A stretch of DNA of 60,808 nucleotides, the filler included. It is 6 parts of 6 records of this genome, joined end to end, with 100 filler letters (N's around TTAATTAATTAA, not from the genome) between each part and the next. Parts side by side here need not be neighbours in the genome. Positions count along the whole stretch, not along the records: positions 36,737 to 53,514 come from SRR31156797_21061; positions 53,615 to 60,808 come from SRR31156797_21064; 4 more parts are not named here. One strand, 5' to 3'. The notes beneath the pieces are model-generated. The model was not told the DNA's origin and ran no database searches. It saw only the letters and a program-made list of their open reading frames with translations. Every line of letters begins with the position of its first letter. Position 1 is the first letter of the stretch. The position numbers were made by a program, and so were the translations under genes. Below, in pieces: positions 51,596 to 60,275 of the stretch.

Positions 51596-52506
51596 TATAT
51601 TGCTTTCCCGTTAAGTGAATGGGCTCTGCGCACTGCAGACTCAAATAACCCCTGCCAACGATCCATTAACTCATCATGCGATGGACGATCATTTGGGTCA
51701 ATTTGAATCATAAGTTCTACCGCACTCTTAATGCTGTTCCCTAGCCCTCCTGGTATATTGCGGAGCTCTTCCATTTCGATAGGTGCAAGAAGATTTTCTG
51801 AACGCGCCAAGGGATTTCGCCCAGTGAAAAGTTCCGCCAATACTAGACCAAGCTGAAAAATATCGCTTTTTGTTGTCAAATGAGCTTGGCCAGTTACATA
51901 GTTAACTAAATCTGGAGTGCGATAAAAAAATGGTATGGGAACATATTCTTGCAATGCTGCAATATCATCTTGGTCATCCGCAGCATTTTCGAGACGCTTC
52001 ATCATTCCAAAATCCCCTAGTACACAGGATTTACCTTTTGTAAATATGTTCTGCGGTTTTATATCGCGATGAACGACTTTTGGCTCGAGCCCGTCAAGAT
52101 ATCGTAGAGCTGAAATGAGTTGTAAAGACAGGCTAATTTTTAGAGGTATATCTATGTTACCAGAACGAATCAAATCATATAGTCTTACAGGTAAATATTC
52201 GGCAACCACAAACGGAAATTCATCGCCGTTAGGATTTCTAAATTTGCCTGAGTCAAAAATTCGCATTATTGATGGGTGATCACATTCTTTTAAAAAGTCA
52301 ATTTCTTCAAGAAACCTATTCATGCGCTGTTGATTAGTGATACGCTGAAATACTTTTAAAGCAAAGAGCACGCCTTTGTTTACACCAGATGTCGTGTTTA
52401 CAAGAAATGTAACCGCGTTCCCCCCGGTTCCTAAGTGTTGAACATTTCGATACCAGATGTTACTTCCTGAACGGATACTGCGTGCTACATCAAAAAATAT
52501 TGGCAT
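51595..52506 (-). CDS. Stand-alone Hanks-type Ser/Thr protein kinase (gene cassette)
   Basis: LGTGGNA, FALK, HRDIKPQN, DFG, KSDIFQLG. Start ATG 52506 (GGAG RBS). AT-rich relative to its neighbours. Confidence 0.88.
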   Translation of the reverse strand: MPIFFDVARSIRSGSNIWYRNVQHLGTGGNAVTFLVNTTSGVNKGVLFALKVFQRITNQQRMNRFLEEIDFLKECDHPSIMRIFDSGKFRNPNGDEFPFVVAEYLPVRLYDLIRSGNIDIPLKISLSLQLISALRYLDGLEPKVVHRDIKPQNIFTKGKSCVLGDFGMMKRLENAADDQDDIAALQEYVPIPFFYRTPDLVNYVTGQAHLTTKSDIFQLGLVLAELFTGRNPLARSENLLAPIEMEELRNIPGGLGNSIKSAVELMIQIDPNDRPSHDELMDRWQGLFESAVRRAHSLNGKAI

Positions 52507-52539
52507 TTGATCTCCTTCCAAGTATTTTTGTTGCAATTC

Positions 52540-52703
52540 GCCTAACAATAATTACTTGTATCCGCATAAATTGCGAAGTTGGTTGTTTCTGTCCGTATAA
52601 GACGCCTCTGTAAATCGTCCAATTATCTCGCTAACCCAAAACAGTTTCATGATTTATCTCTGCATTGGGTTTTTCGTATGTCGTATTATGGGGGCCGACA
52701 TAA
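52540..52703 (-). mobile_element. attI-like site / cassette core site; no intI in contig
   Basis: GTTAGGC (GTTRRRY) at 52546-52540, 33 nt before the kinase ATG; upstream direct repeats TTATRCGGA (52569-52561, 52600-52592) and TTATG-N8-CATAA (52686-52703). Confidence 0.55.
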
Positions 52704-53514
52704 GAATCTCATTCTTACAGCCCATCCATTTGAATTATTAGATTTAACCATACTTGCATTATCCTGAATTATTGAATTTTTTCAGGATACAAATGGTATT
52801 TGAAAGCTTGAATCGTCCTAGGTTTTCAGTTTGGATGTTAGAATAAAGCAAAAAAAAGAAAATCAAAACTTCGTGGTTTCGGGAGTATACCCCAAAAAAC
52901 CAAACCTACCTAAATGTTGATATATGCACTTATCCGTGATTGGGGATGGTTCTCATCAGACATCACGTCAGGAATTTTTTGCAACCACAACACGTAGGGC
53001 TTTTCAAATATCGGTTTAACCGATCCAATAAAAAGTTTATGTGCATTTTGTTCTGTTTCATAGTGTCCGATATTTAGCGGCTTTTTAACTATCATTCATT
53101 ATCTTAGAAAATTGAATTCTCTGTAGCTTAAAGGGGTTTCAAAAGTCAAGTGGAAGACGATGAGAATAGTGATTTTATGTCACTGTAAAAATTTCTTAGA
53201 AGTGCAGGGTGTATTTTAAATGTTTGAAATATTTGAGGTTAATTTTTTTGATGTGATGAAAATTATTCCTGAAGAATGGCGGTGAAATCAGCCAGGTCAA
53301 TGGGGTGGTTGCTCCCGTTTTGAGAATGATTCTCTAATCGATGGATGGCAGTCCGGATCAACGGTGGCAAACCGGAGTCAGGCCCAAAGATGTCATTTGC
53401 ATGGCGAATGGAAGAACATAAATCAGTTGACAATACCCCTGAGGCCTTATACTAACAAATCGTTACTTAATTTTATTGGAGCCGATTTCAAAACGCCCCC
53501 TTTTGCCCGATCTC

Positions 53515-53614
53515 NNNNNNNNNNNNNNNNNNNNNNNNNNNNNNNNNNNNNNNNNNNNTTAATTAATTAANNNNNNNNNNNNNNNNNNNNNNNNNNNNNN
53601 NNNNNNNNNNNNNN
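53515..53614. other. Artificial contig linker
   Basis: Same 100-nt linker. Confidence 0.98.
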
Positions 53615-53860
53615 GAGGTAGAGAACCGCTTCTTCCACGGGATCAAATACCTGGCTTGCCTTTTCCTTGTCGGCAAGATCCTTCTGCATGTCCGCAAAGG
53701 TCTGTTCATGGGTCTCTTCCATCTTGGCAAGGCTCAGGAGAAAGTTTTTTTCCTTCTCCCCCTGGACCTTTTCGGCTGCTTCATTGTAAAAAGCGACCCC
53801 GTTTCTCTCGATCTGCTTTGCCATCTCAAAGATTTCATCCGCACTGAAATTGTAAGCCAT
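53615..53860 (-). CDS. Ferritin-like/rubrerythrin-family protein (truncated by contig edge)
   Basis: EIFEMAKQIERNG..FY...LAKMEETH (ExxH). Confidence 0.85.
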
Positions 53861-53879
53861 TTTTCCTCCGAAGTTAATG

Positions 53880-55076
53880 TTATGAAAGGGATTCAGCTAC
53901 TTTTTGTCCAATGGTCACACCCAGCTCAAAGCATTTTTCCAGATCCTCCGGACCAGGAACATACTTTATGGCAAGCCCCGGGTCGACGACCTCCAGGTTC
54001 ATTGCCTCAAACTCCTTGTTGAGGATCTTCACGGCCTCACCGCTCCAGCCAAAGGAGCCGAAGGCGGCGGCGAGCCGGTTCTTGGGCCGGAGCCCCTTGA
54101 TATAGGTGAGTACATCCGCCACAACCGGAAAGATCCCGTTGTTCAGGGTGGGGGAGCCCACCACCAGGGCCTTGGCATCGAGCATCTCGGTCATGATGTC
54201 GCTCCGGTGGCATTTCCGGGTGTTCATCACCCTGACCTTGACTCCCTGGGATTCCACGCCCCTGGCGATCTCCTTTGCCATGGCCGCCGTGCTTTTCCAC
54301 ATGGTGTCAAAGATGATCAGCGCTTTTTTCTCGCATTCCTGTTTGCTCCAGCGGGCATAGGCATCGATGATGGTGCCGGGATTCTTCCGCCAGAGGATGC
54401 CGTGGTCCGGGCAGATCATGTTGATTTCGAGGCCGGACTCCGCCACCTTGGCCAGGAGCTGTTCCACCCTGGGCGCGTAGTTCAAAAGGATGTTGCCAAA
54501 GTATTTGGCCGCATGGTCCATGATGTGCTCGCCGATTTCGTCGTCGAACATGGCGTCCCCGGCATAGTGCTGGCCAAAGGCGTCGCTGGAGAACAGGATG
54601 CCTTCATCCTTGACATAGGTGAACATGGAATCGGGCCAGTGGAGCATTTTGGTCTCCATAAAGGTAAGGGTCCGCTCTCCAATGGGAAGCTCCCCGCCGT
54701 TATCCACGCTGATGAGGTTGAGCTTTCCTGTAAAGTGGCTCTCAAGGTTTCTCTTTCCCATCTTGGAGCAATAGACGGGTTTCTCTTTCCCGATCCGGTG
54801 CATGAGGACGGGAATGGCCCCGGAGTGGTCCATTTCGGTGTGGTTGCTGATAACGATGTCGATCTTTTCAGGATCGACGATCCTGCTGATGTTGTCCAGG
54901 AGCTCCTGGGAAAATTCCTTCTTTACCGTGTCCACCAGGACGATCTTCTCATCCATGATGAGGAACGCGTTGTAGGTGGTGCCCTGGTAGGTGGAGTAGC
55001 CGTGGAAGTCACGGATATCCCAGTCCCTGCATCCCACATTGTAGATGTTCTTGGCAATTTCAACCGGTTTGTACAT
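53880..55076 (-). CDS. fprA: Flavodiiron protein (FprA/ROO)
   Basis: GTTYNAFL, NHTEMDHSG, HWPDSM, SSDAFGQH, PDHG; flavodoxin domain GSPT, FGSFGWSGEA. Confidence 0.95.
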   Translation of the reverse strand: MYKPVEIAKNIYNVGCRDWDIRDFHGYSTYQGTTYNAFLIMDEKIVLVDTVKKEFSQELLDNISRIVDPEKIDIVISNHTEMDHSGAIPVLMHRIGKEKPVYCSKMGKRNLESHFTGKLNLISVDNGGELPIGERTLTFMETKMLHWPDSMFTYVKDEGILFSSDAFGQHYAGDAMFDDEIGEHIMDHAAKYFGNILLNYAPRVEQLLAKVAESGLEINMICPDHGILWRKNPGTIIDAYARWSKQECEKKALIIFDTMWKSTAAMAKEIARGVESQGVKVRVMNTRKCHRSDIMTEMLDAKALVVGSPTLNNGIFPVVADVLTYIKGLRPKNRLAAAFGSFGWSGEAVKILNKEFEAMNLEVVDPGLAIKYVPGPEDLEKCFELGVTIGQKVAESLS

Positions 55077-55096
55077 TCGTATCTCCTTGTCTGCTT

Positions 55097-55255
55097 CTAG
55101 TCCGCTATCTCGAAAAATTCTTTTTCAGCCCCGCACAAGGGGCATACCCAGCTGTCGGGAAGGTCCTTGAAGGCGGTTCCCGCTTCCACACCGTTCTCAA
55201 AATCCCCCTCTTCGGGGTCGTATACATAGCCGCAGGGGCACTCATATTTATCCAT
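55097..55255 (-). CDS. rub: Rubredoxin (52 aa)
   Basis: Manual translation [18 protein letters not shown]...[31 protein letters not shown]; absent from the ORF track. Confidence 0.95.
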   Translation of the reverse strand: MDKYECPCGYVYDPEEGDFENGVEAGTAFKDLPDSWVCPLCGAEKEFFEIAD

Positions 55256-55319
55256 TTATCATCTCCTTGTTAAGATTTTCCTTAAAAAATCAACAATCTT
55301 TATTGTGGCTCATTACTTA

Positions 55320-55335
55320 AGCAATATGCGTGCCG
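55320..55335 (-). promoter_or_regulatory. Sigma-54 promoter candidate for rub-fprA
   Basis: CGGCACGCATATTGCT (GG-N10-GC) ~65 nt upstream of rub. Confidence 0.6.
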
Positions 55336-55370
55336 AATTTTTCAGGGTCGGGTTTCCAAAAAGAACCGGC

Positions 55371-58300
55371 TTATTCAAATATGGTGTCCAGGGCTGCTGA
55401 AAAATCGGTTTTTACGTTGTCAAGAAAAGGATCCCATTCAAGACCGAACCGGTAAAAGGCCATGGATGCGAGCTTTTTGGTGATGATGGCGTCCCTGTAA
55501 ACCTGCATATCGTCTGAATTGAAGATTGTCATGATCCGTTTTTTGCCCAGGGTTTTGATCAGCACCTTGGGAACGTAGGCCTCCATGATCTTCCAGACAA
55601 GGCCCTTCTGTTTCAGGATTCGGTTGAGATTCCCCAGGATCACGGCCTGGAGGGCCAGGATCTCTTCCCCGGCCTTGTCCGACAGGGTGAACAGGGGCCG
55701 GGCCGGACTCTTTTTGTGAATGCGGATGAGCATGTCGGTTTCGGCGCACGAATATGTCTCGACCAGGGCCATGATGTCCCGGATCAGGGCCCACCGGGTC
55801 TTGATGTCGTTCAGCAGTTTTTCTTCATATGCCTCTTTCAGGAGAAAGCCCGTGAGCACTTCGGCAATGGAGCTCGAGAAGACATCTCCCTTGTTGGCGG
55901 TGGCGTCCTTGATCTGCTTTATTCCGGTGCGGGTGGCCATGTAACGCCTGGAGGCGTCGTTAAAGAAGAGGTTGGCCCCCTCGACAATGAACCTGAGTTC
56001 CCTGAAGTTGTCAAGGAAGGCCTGGACGTTTTTGTGGTTGACCGTGTCCTTGAAGCCGCCGCAGGGAATGAAGGCCTGGATTCGGGCCTGCTCCATGTAG
56101 CCCCGGTTGGCCGGATCAAAGAGAAAATTGCGAAGGAACACGGCGCCGTCCTCCACGACCCTGCCGTCCGGGAGGGTCTGGAACCTTGCGGATACGGGCA
56201 CCTTGAACCCCTGGGGGGACAGCTTTTCAACCGGGAAGGCCAGGGCGTTGGGCCGGGGGGAGGTGTGGCGCATGAAGGCGATCTTTTCAAGCTCCTTCCG
56301 GTCCAGGCCGTTGGGATCAAAGAGGACTGCGGCATTGTCCATGACAAGGCAGATCCTGCCCTGGTAGCAGAGGAGCTCGTTTGCGCCCAGGTCCCCGTCC
56401 GGTCCGCCGATCATCATCAGGTTGAGATCCTTTTCCTTTGCGTCGTAGTGGGCGACCAGGGTCCTGAACGCCGCCATGACACCGGTGGTTGCCATGCCGC
56501 AGGTCCGGATACGGCCCCCGATCTTTTGGTGGATCGTCTCCATGTCAGGGGTGACCACCACGGATTTGCCGTTGACCTGGAGGTCGGTGCCTTCCTCCTT
56601 TGCGTCCAGGAGGCCGAAGAGTTTCCCGTTCTCCAGAATGCCGTAGGTGTCGTGGGGGATGCCGAAGCTCTTGCCCGTGGTGAGGGTGCGCCAGTGGGGG
56701 TATCCCCTTTCCCTGGCATGGAGGGCCACGGCATCCATGAATGGGGCCGTTCCCTGGTCCGGGCCGAAAAAGAGCATTTCGGGCATGCCGTAATAATCCA
56801 CGACGGCATCATCCGTGAGCATGAGGTCCAGGATGCCCTCGGTGTAGTCGTACAGGGCGTCCTTGGCATACGCTCCATAGGTTGCATGGGGAACGATCAC
56901 CCCGGTTGCGCCGCTCTCGCAGATATCCTTGTGCTTGAGCCGCTGGGCCTTGGGCCCCAGGTTGAAGTTGAGCAGCACGGCATTGTCGAGTTCCTTGCCG
57001 TGGTTGGCCGGGGTGATCCTGAGGAGCCGCAAGCCCCCCCGGGCAATGTCGCCGGCCCTCATGTGGGTGCCGCAGGCGTAGTGGCCGTTCACGAAAAACA
57101 CGGCAAACACGAACTGGTTGTACACCAGGGGATCCAGGATTTTATCATCAAACCGGAAGCTGAAGGACCGCTTCCGGGGGGTGTAGAAATTGGTCTTCAA
57201 GGTACAGGTGACAAGCTTTGCCATGAATTGGAAGATCTCCCGGCCCAGAGGGAAATCCATGAACCGGGCGGCCATGATCCTGTAGAATTCCCCAAGCTTC
57301 TCTTCCATATCCATGTCCGCGCCGTGGGCGGCAAGGGCCGGGTCGAACCGCTGTTCAAACAGGGTGTAGAGACATTTCAGCAGGTCGGGGTGGGCCATGG
57401 CCGTGGCAAGGATGGTCCTTGCGCCGTAGGTGCACCTGTTGGCCTTGTGGATCCTTGCGGCAAAGGCATCCTCATGCTCCTTGCTTTCAAGGCTGGCCAT
57501 GATTTCCCGGTCGGTGGTGTCGTCGCTCTCCGTGAAGATGAACATGTGGGTGAAATCAATGGCGTTGCCGGCAAAGAGCATCTCCTTGAAGGTCAGCTTC
57601 CCCTGCACATAGAGCTCGGTGACCGGGTTGACGCTGAAGGAGAGAAAGGCGCAAAGATCCCGGATGATCTCGGTTTCTTCCTGGGTTGAAATCTCCCCCC
57701 GGATATAGAGGGAACAGATGGAGGTGGACACATCCGAGCTGTCCCAGTAGGGCTCCCAATAGGCGCGCATCAGGGTCAGGCCGTGGTCTTTGAACAGTTG
57801 CCGGAAGATGGGAATCTGGGGGGAGGCAAAGTCGGAGTTGAACATGAAACGGGTTTCCCCCGTGACCGGCAGGTTGAACACCTCGATCAGGGGCGAGACA
57901 GAGGCCTTGGATGCCTTGAGGAATTTTTCGTACCGCCTCCGGGTGGGTTCGGGGGTGGCCGTGTAGTCCCCGGCCAGGTTGAAGAGGAATCTGGATTCCC
58001 TGAACTCGTTCCGGGTGTAATCGTTTACGGTTTCAGGCCGGATGATGTAGGTGTAGTAATTGTTCTCCGGGCTGAAGTAATACTCCCGCCGATGGCCGGA
58101 TATCAGGCGCTCCAGCACCTTTTCCATGCTGTCCCGGGTTTCCCGGGTGGCGATCCTCACCCGCTGGATATCGTTGCCCTGCTCCAGGTCGAAGTCGATG
58201 TGGGCGACCCTGCCCACCAGGACCACCTTGCCCTCCTGGACGGCGATGCTGGAGGTGATGGAGGCCAGAAGGTTTTTCAGGGACCCCTTGGTGATGTTTT

Positions 58301-58496
58301 CAAAAAAGTAGTTGGGCAGCCCCAGGTCGTTCAGCAGTATCCCCGCCGCCATGTTGATACAGTTTGCGGTGATCAGTCCTTCGGAGGAGAGGTCGATTAC
58401 GGCCTCGTAAAGAACCCGGAGATCCAGGCCGACGTTTTCTGCCTTGTCAATGATGTGGGGGGCCTGGAAAACAGAGCCGGTGAAGCCTTTATTCAT
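55371..58496 (-). CDS. Large NAD-glutamate dehydrogenase-like protein (catalytic Lys apparently substituted)
   Basis: DIARGGLR, KHKDI, FFGPD, TTGK, GGPDGDLG, IVEGANLF, ANKG. Confidence 0.85.
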   Translation of the reverse strand: MNKGFTGSVFQAPHIIDKAENVGLDLRVLYEAVIDLSSEGLITANCINMAAGILLNDLGLPNYFFENITKGSLKNLLASITSSIAVQEGKVVLVGRVAHIDFDLEQGNDIQRVRIATRETRDSMEKVLERLISGHRREYYFSPENNYYTYIIRPETVNDYTRNEFRESRFLFNLAGDYTATPEPTRRRYEKFLKASKASVSPLIEVFNLPVTGETRFMFNSDFASPQIPIFRQLFKDHGLTLMRAYWEPYWDSSDVSTSICSLYIRGEISTQEETEIIRDLCAFLSFSVNPVTELYVQGKLTFKEMLFAGNAIDFTHMFIFTESDDTTDREIMASLESKEHEDAFAARIHKANRCTYGARTILATAMAHPDLLKCLYTLFEQRFDPALAAHGADMDMEEKLGEFYRIMAARFMDFPLGREIFQFMAKLVTCTLKTNFYTPRKRSFSFRFDDKILDPLVYNQFVFAVFFVNGHYACGTHMRAGDIARGGLRLLRITPANHGKELDNAVLLNFNLGPKAQRLKHKDICESGATGVIVPHATYGAYAKDALYDYTEGILDLMLTDDAVVDYYGMPEMLFFGPDQGTAPFMDAVALHARERGYPHWRTLTTGKSFGIPHDTYGILENGKLFGLLDAKEEGTDLQVNGKSVVVTPDMETIHQKIGGRIRTCGMATTGVMAAFRTLVAHYDAKEKDLNLMMIGGPDGDLGANELLCYQGRICLVMDNAAVLFDPNGLDRKELEKIAFMRHTSPRPNALAFPVEKLSPQGFKVPVSARFQTLPDGRVVEDGAVFLRNFLFDPANRGYMEQARIQAFIPCGGFKDTVNHKNVQAFLDNFRELRFIVEGANLFFNDASRRYMATRTGIKQIKDATANKGDVFSSSIAEVLTGFLLKEAYEEKLLNDIKTRWALIRDIMALVETYSCAETDMLIRIHKKSPARPLFTLSDKAGEEILALQAVILGNLNRILKQKGLVWKIMEAYVPKVLIKTLGKKRIMTIFNSDDMQVYRDAIITKKLASMAFYRFGLEWDPFLDNVKTDFSAALDTIFE

Positions 58497-58750
58497 GGGG
58501 ATCTCCTCAATCCGTGGTCTAGTGGGTCCGAGCTGTCGGTCGCGCTGTGGAATTTATAGCTCCCCGCACATGAATGGAGCCCGTTTCTTTTTGTAATCGG
58601 TAAAGCAGGCATTAATTCGAATGCGAACGTCTATAGAAGGTGCTATTCCCGTTGTTTGGAAACGACTATAAGGGATGGAGATCTCTTTTTCAACCCGTAA
58701 ATCCGGATGGAAGGTTGTTTTCAGCCCTTTAATCCGGACCGGGGGCGGGG

Positions 58751-59092
58751 TCAGCCACCCAACACAAAGCGTTGGATGACGCCCCAGCCGGTGATGAGCT
58801 GGGTCAGGGCAAGCAGGGTCAGGATAAGATTGTTGATGCCGTGGGCCAGGGGAAGCACGGGCCGCTTTTGCCGGGTCTTGTTCATGACATATCCGGATAT
58901 AAGGCCGAAGAGCATCATGGGCAGCATGAGCAGGGCGGTTTTCCCGTGGAGACCTGTGATGAGGAAGCCGTGCCAGTAGATGCGGACAAGGATCATGCCG
59001 GAACCGGTACGCTCCGGTTTGCTGCCTTTTTTTATGTTATTCCGCATTGTTACAGCAATAACCATGCCCCCGTTCCGGCTTGGTAATGGCAT
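58751..59092 (-). CDS. Small membrane protein (DUF4079-like C-terminus; N-terminus doubtful)
   Basis: HG..A..MLP...FGLISG...PLAHG.NN...LAL.Q..TG. Confidence 0.5.
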   Translation of the reverse strand: MPLPSRNGGMVIAVTMRNNIKKGSKPERTGSGMILVRIYWHGFLITGLHGKTALLMLPMMLFGLISGYVMNKTRQKRPVLPLAHGINNLILTLLALTQLITGWGVIQRFVLGG

Positions 59093-59155
59093 GGTTCTTG
59101 AAACGATTTCTAAGTGTCCTTTGATGACAACCCAGCCAAAAAAAAGGAGAAAACC

Positions 59156-59338
59156 ATGAAGATCAACATCGATCAGAACCTTGTGGAATTCACCCCGGAA
59201 ACGGACCAGGAAAAGAAAGACCTTGAAGCCCTGTGGCGAACGGTTGTGGACTGCGCCAAGTTCAATAAGAAGCTCGTTGCCGTGGGCCAGTATGTCCCGT
59301 TCGAGGACGCGTTTGCACGCTTTGCCATTGAGGATTAG
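59156..59338 (+). CDS. Small conserved hypothetical protein
   Basis: AAGGAGA RBS; MKINIDQNLVEFTPE...LWR..VDC....KKLV..G.YVP. Confidence 0.7.
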   Translation: MKINIDQNLVEFTPETDQEKKDLEALWRTVVDCAKFNKKLVAVGQYVPFEDAFARFAIED

Positions 59339-59439
59339 GCGGTTTCTTTGACCCAGGTCTGTATCAGGGACAGGAAGTGTCTGATACGGTTATGTGTCAA
59401 GCAGAGCCGTTGATACACTTCCCTGCCGGAGGAGGAAAC

Positions 59440-59601
59440 ATGACAAATTGGATCTGCGATAAATGTGGGTATACGTTGGAGGCGGAAACCCCGCCGGAAG
59501 AGTGTCCGTCGTGCAAGAAAAAATGCTCGTTTGTGGACAACTCCTGCTATACCCCGGATTGTGAGGGGAAGAAGACTGACCCCAGGATAGGAAAACGCTG
59601 A
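59440..59601 (+). CDS. Short rubredoxin-like metal-binding protein
   Basis: GGAGG RBS; W.CDKCGY...PPEECPSC...C.F...CYTPDC. Confidence 0.8.
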   Translation: MTNWICDKCGYTLEAETPPEECPSCKKKCSFVDNSCYTPDCEGKKTDPRIGKR

Positions 59602-59732
59602 TTAAACGTGGGGGGCAGGTCAGGCCTCGCCTATTGTTCTTTGGGCCGTCAGATGGGATAAATGGCCTGCCCCGTCCATGACAGCTGAATTCCAAACGTT
59701 GAGGGATCTACAAACCAGGAACGTAAACGGAG

Positions 59733-60275
59733 GTGCTTGTGCCATCAAGCTATGGGGTGCGCCTTATTTTCGTGGGGGTCGCCATTGGGATCATGGCCGG
59801 AGCCGGGCTTTTTCTCAAAGGCCTGCTAGTTCCCGATTCCTTTGGCGTGTACGGCAGTTACCGGGCGGACGCCATTGTTGAAGAGGCGGAAATCCCGATC
59901 CGGCATGGCACAAACGACTCCTGTTTTGCTTGTCATCCTTATGAGGCAAAAATCCATAAAGCCGGATATCACTCGGTGATCTCCTGCGAATTTTGCCACG
60001 GACCCCATGGGGACCACGCAAAAGGCGACAAAAAGATCGGCACCCTGCCGGTCAGGAAGGACCGGGAGATTACAACCCTGTGCCTGAGGTGCCATAACAC
60101 CGAGATCAAGGCCCGCCCGGAACAGGTCATAAAGACCGTGGCCATGCCCCGACACCTTGAGGTCCAGAAGGTGAAACTGACCCACACCTGTAACCAGTGT
60201 CACCATGTCCATGCCCCCTTGAAGTACATCAACAGGGCAATACAGATAACAGGCGTAGAGGAGTCACCCCTATGA
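59733..60275 (+). CDS. Membrane-anchored tetrahaem cytochrome c
   Basis: N-terminal TM helix and four CxxCH motifs (CFACH, CEFCH, CLRCH, CNQCH). Confidence 0.88.
   Translation: MLVPSSYGVRLIFVGVAIGIMAGAGLFLKGLLVPDSFGVYGSYRADAIVEEAEIPIRHGTNDSCFACHPYEAKIHKAGYHSVISCEFCHGPHGDHAKGDKKIGTLPVRKDREITTLCLRCHNTEIKARPEQVIKTVAMPRHLEVQKVKLTHTCNQCHHVHAPLKYINRAIQITGVEESPL

Noticed and set aside
51405-51644. 79-aa ORF as a third Hachiman gene
   Set aside because: Overlaps both neighbours, runs across the attC, and has no RBS or motif.
52910-53095. 61-aa ORF upstream of the attI-like site as an integrase remnant
   Set aside because: No tyrosine recombinase motifs.
53476-53514. Possible start of an interspersed repeat at the contig end
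   Set aside because: Too short to support; only consistent with an assembly break at a repeat.
55716-57689. 657-aa plus-strand ORF, and similar ones at 53904-55100, 37992-38861, 40178-40990 and 12085-12870
   Set aside because: Antisense shadows of real GC3-rich genes, with no motifs.
59087-59103. Sigma-54-like TGGCATGGTTCTTGAA
   Set aside because: Has GA instead of the conserved -12 GC.
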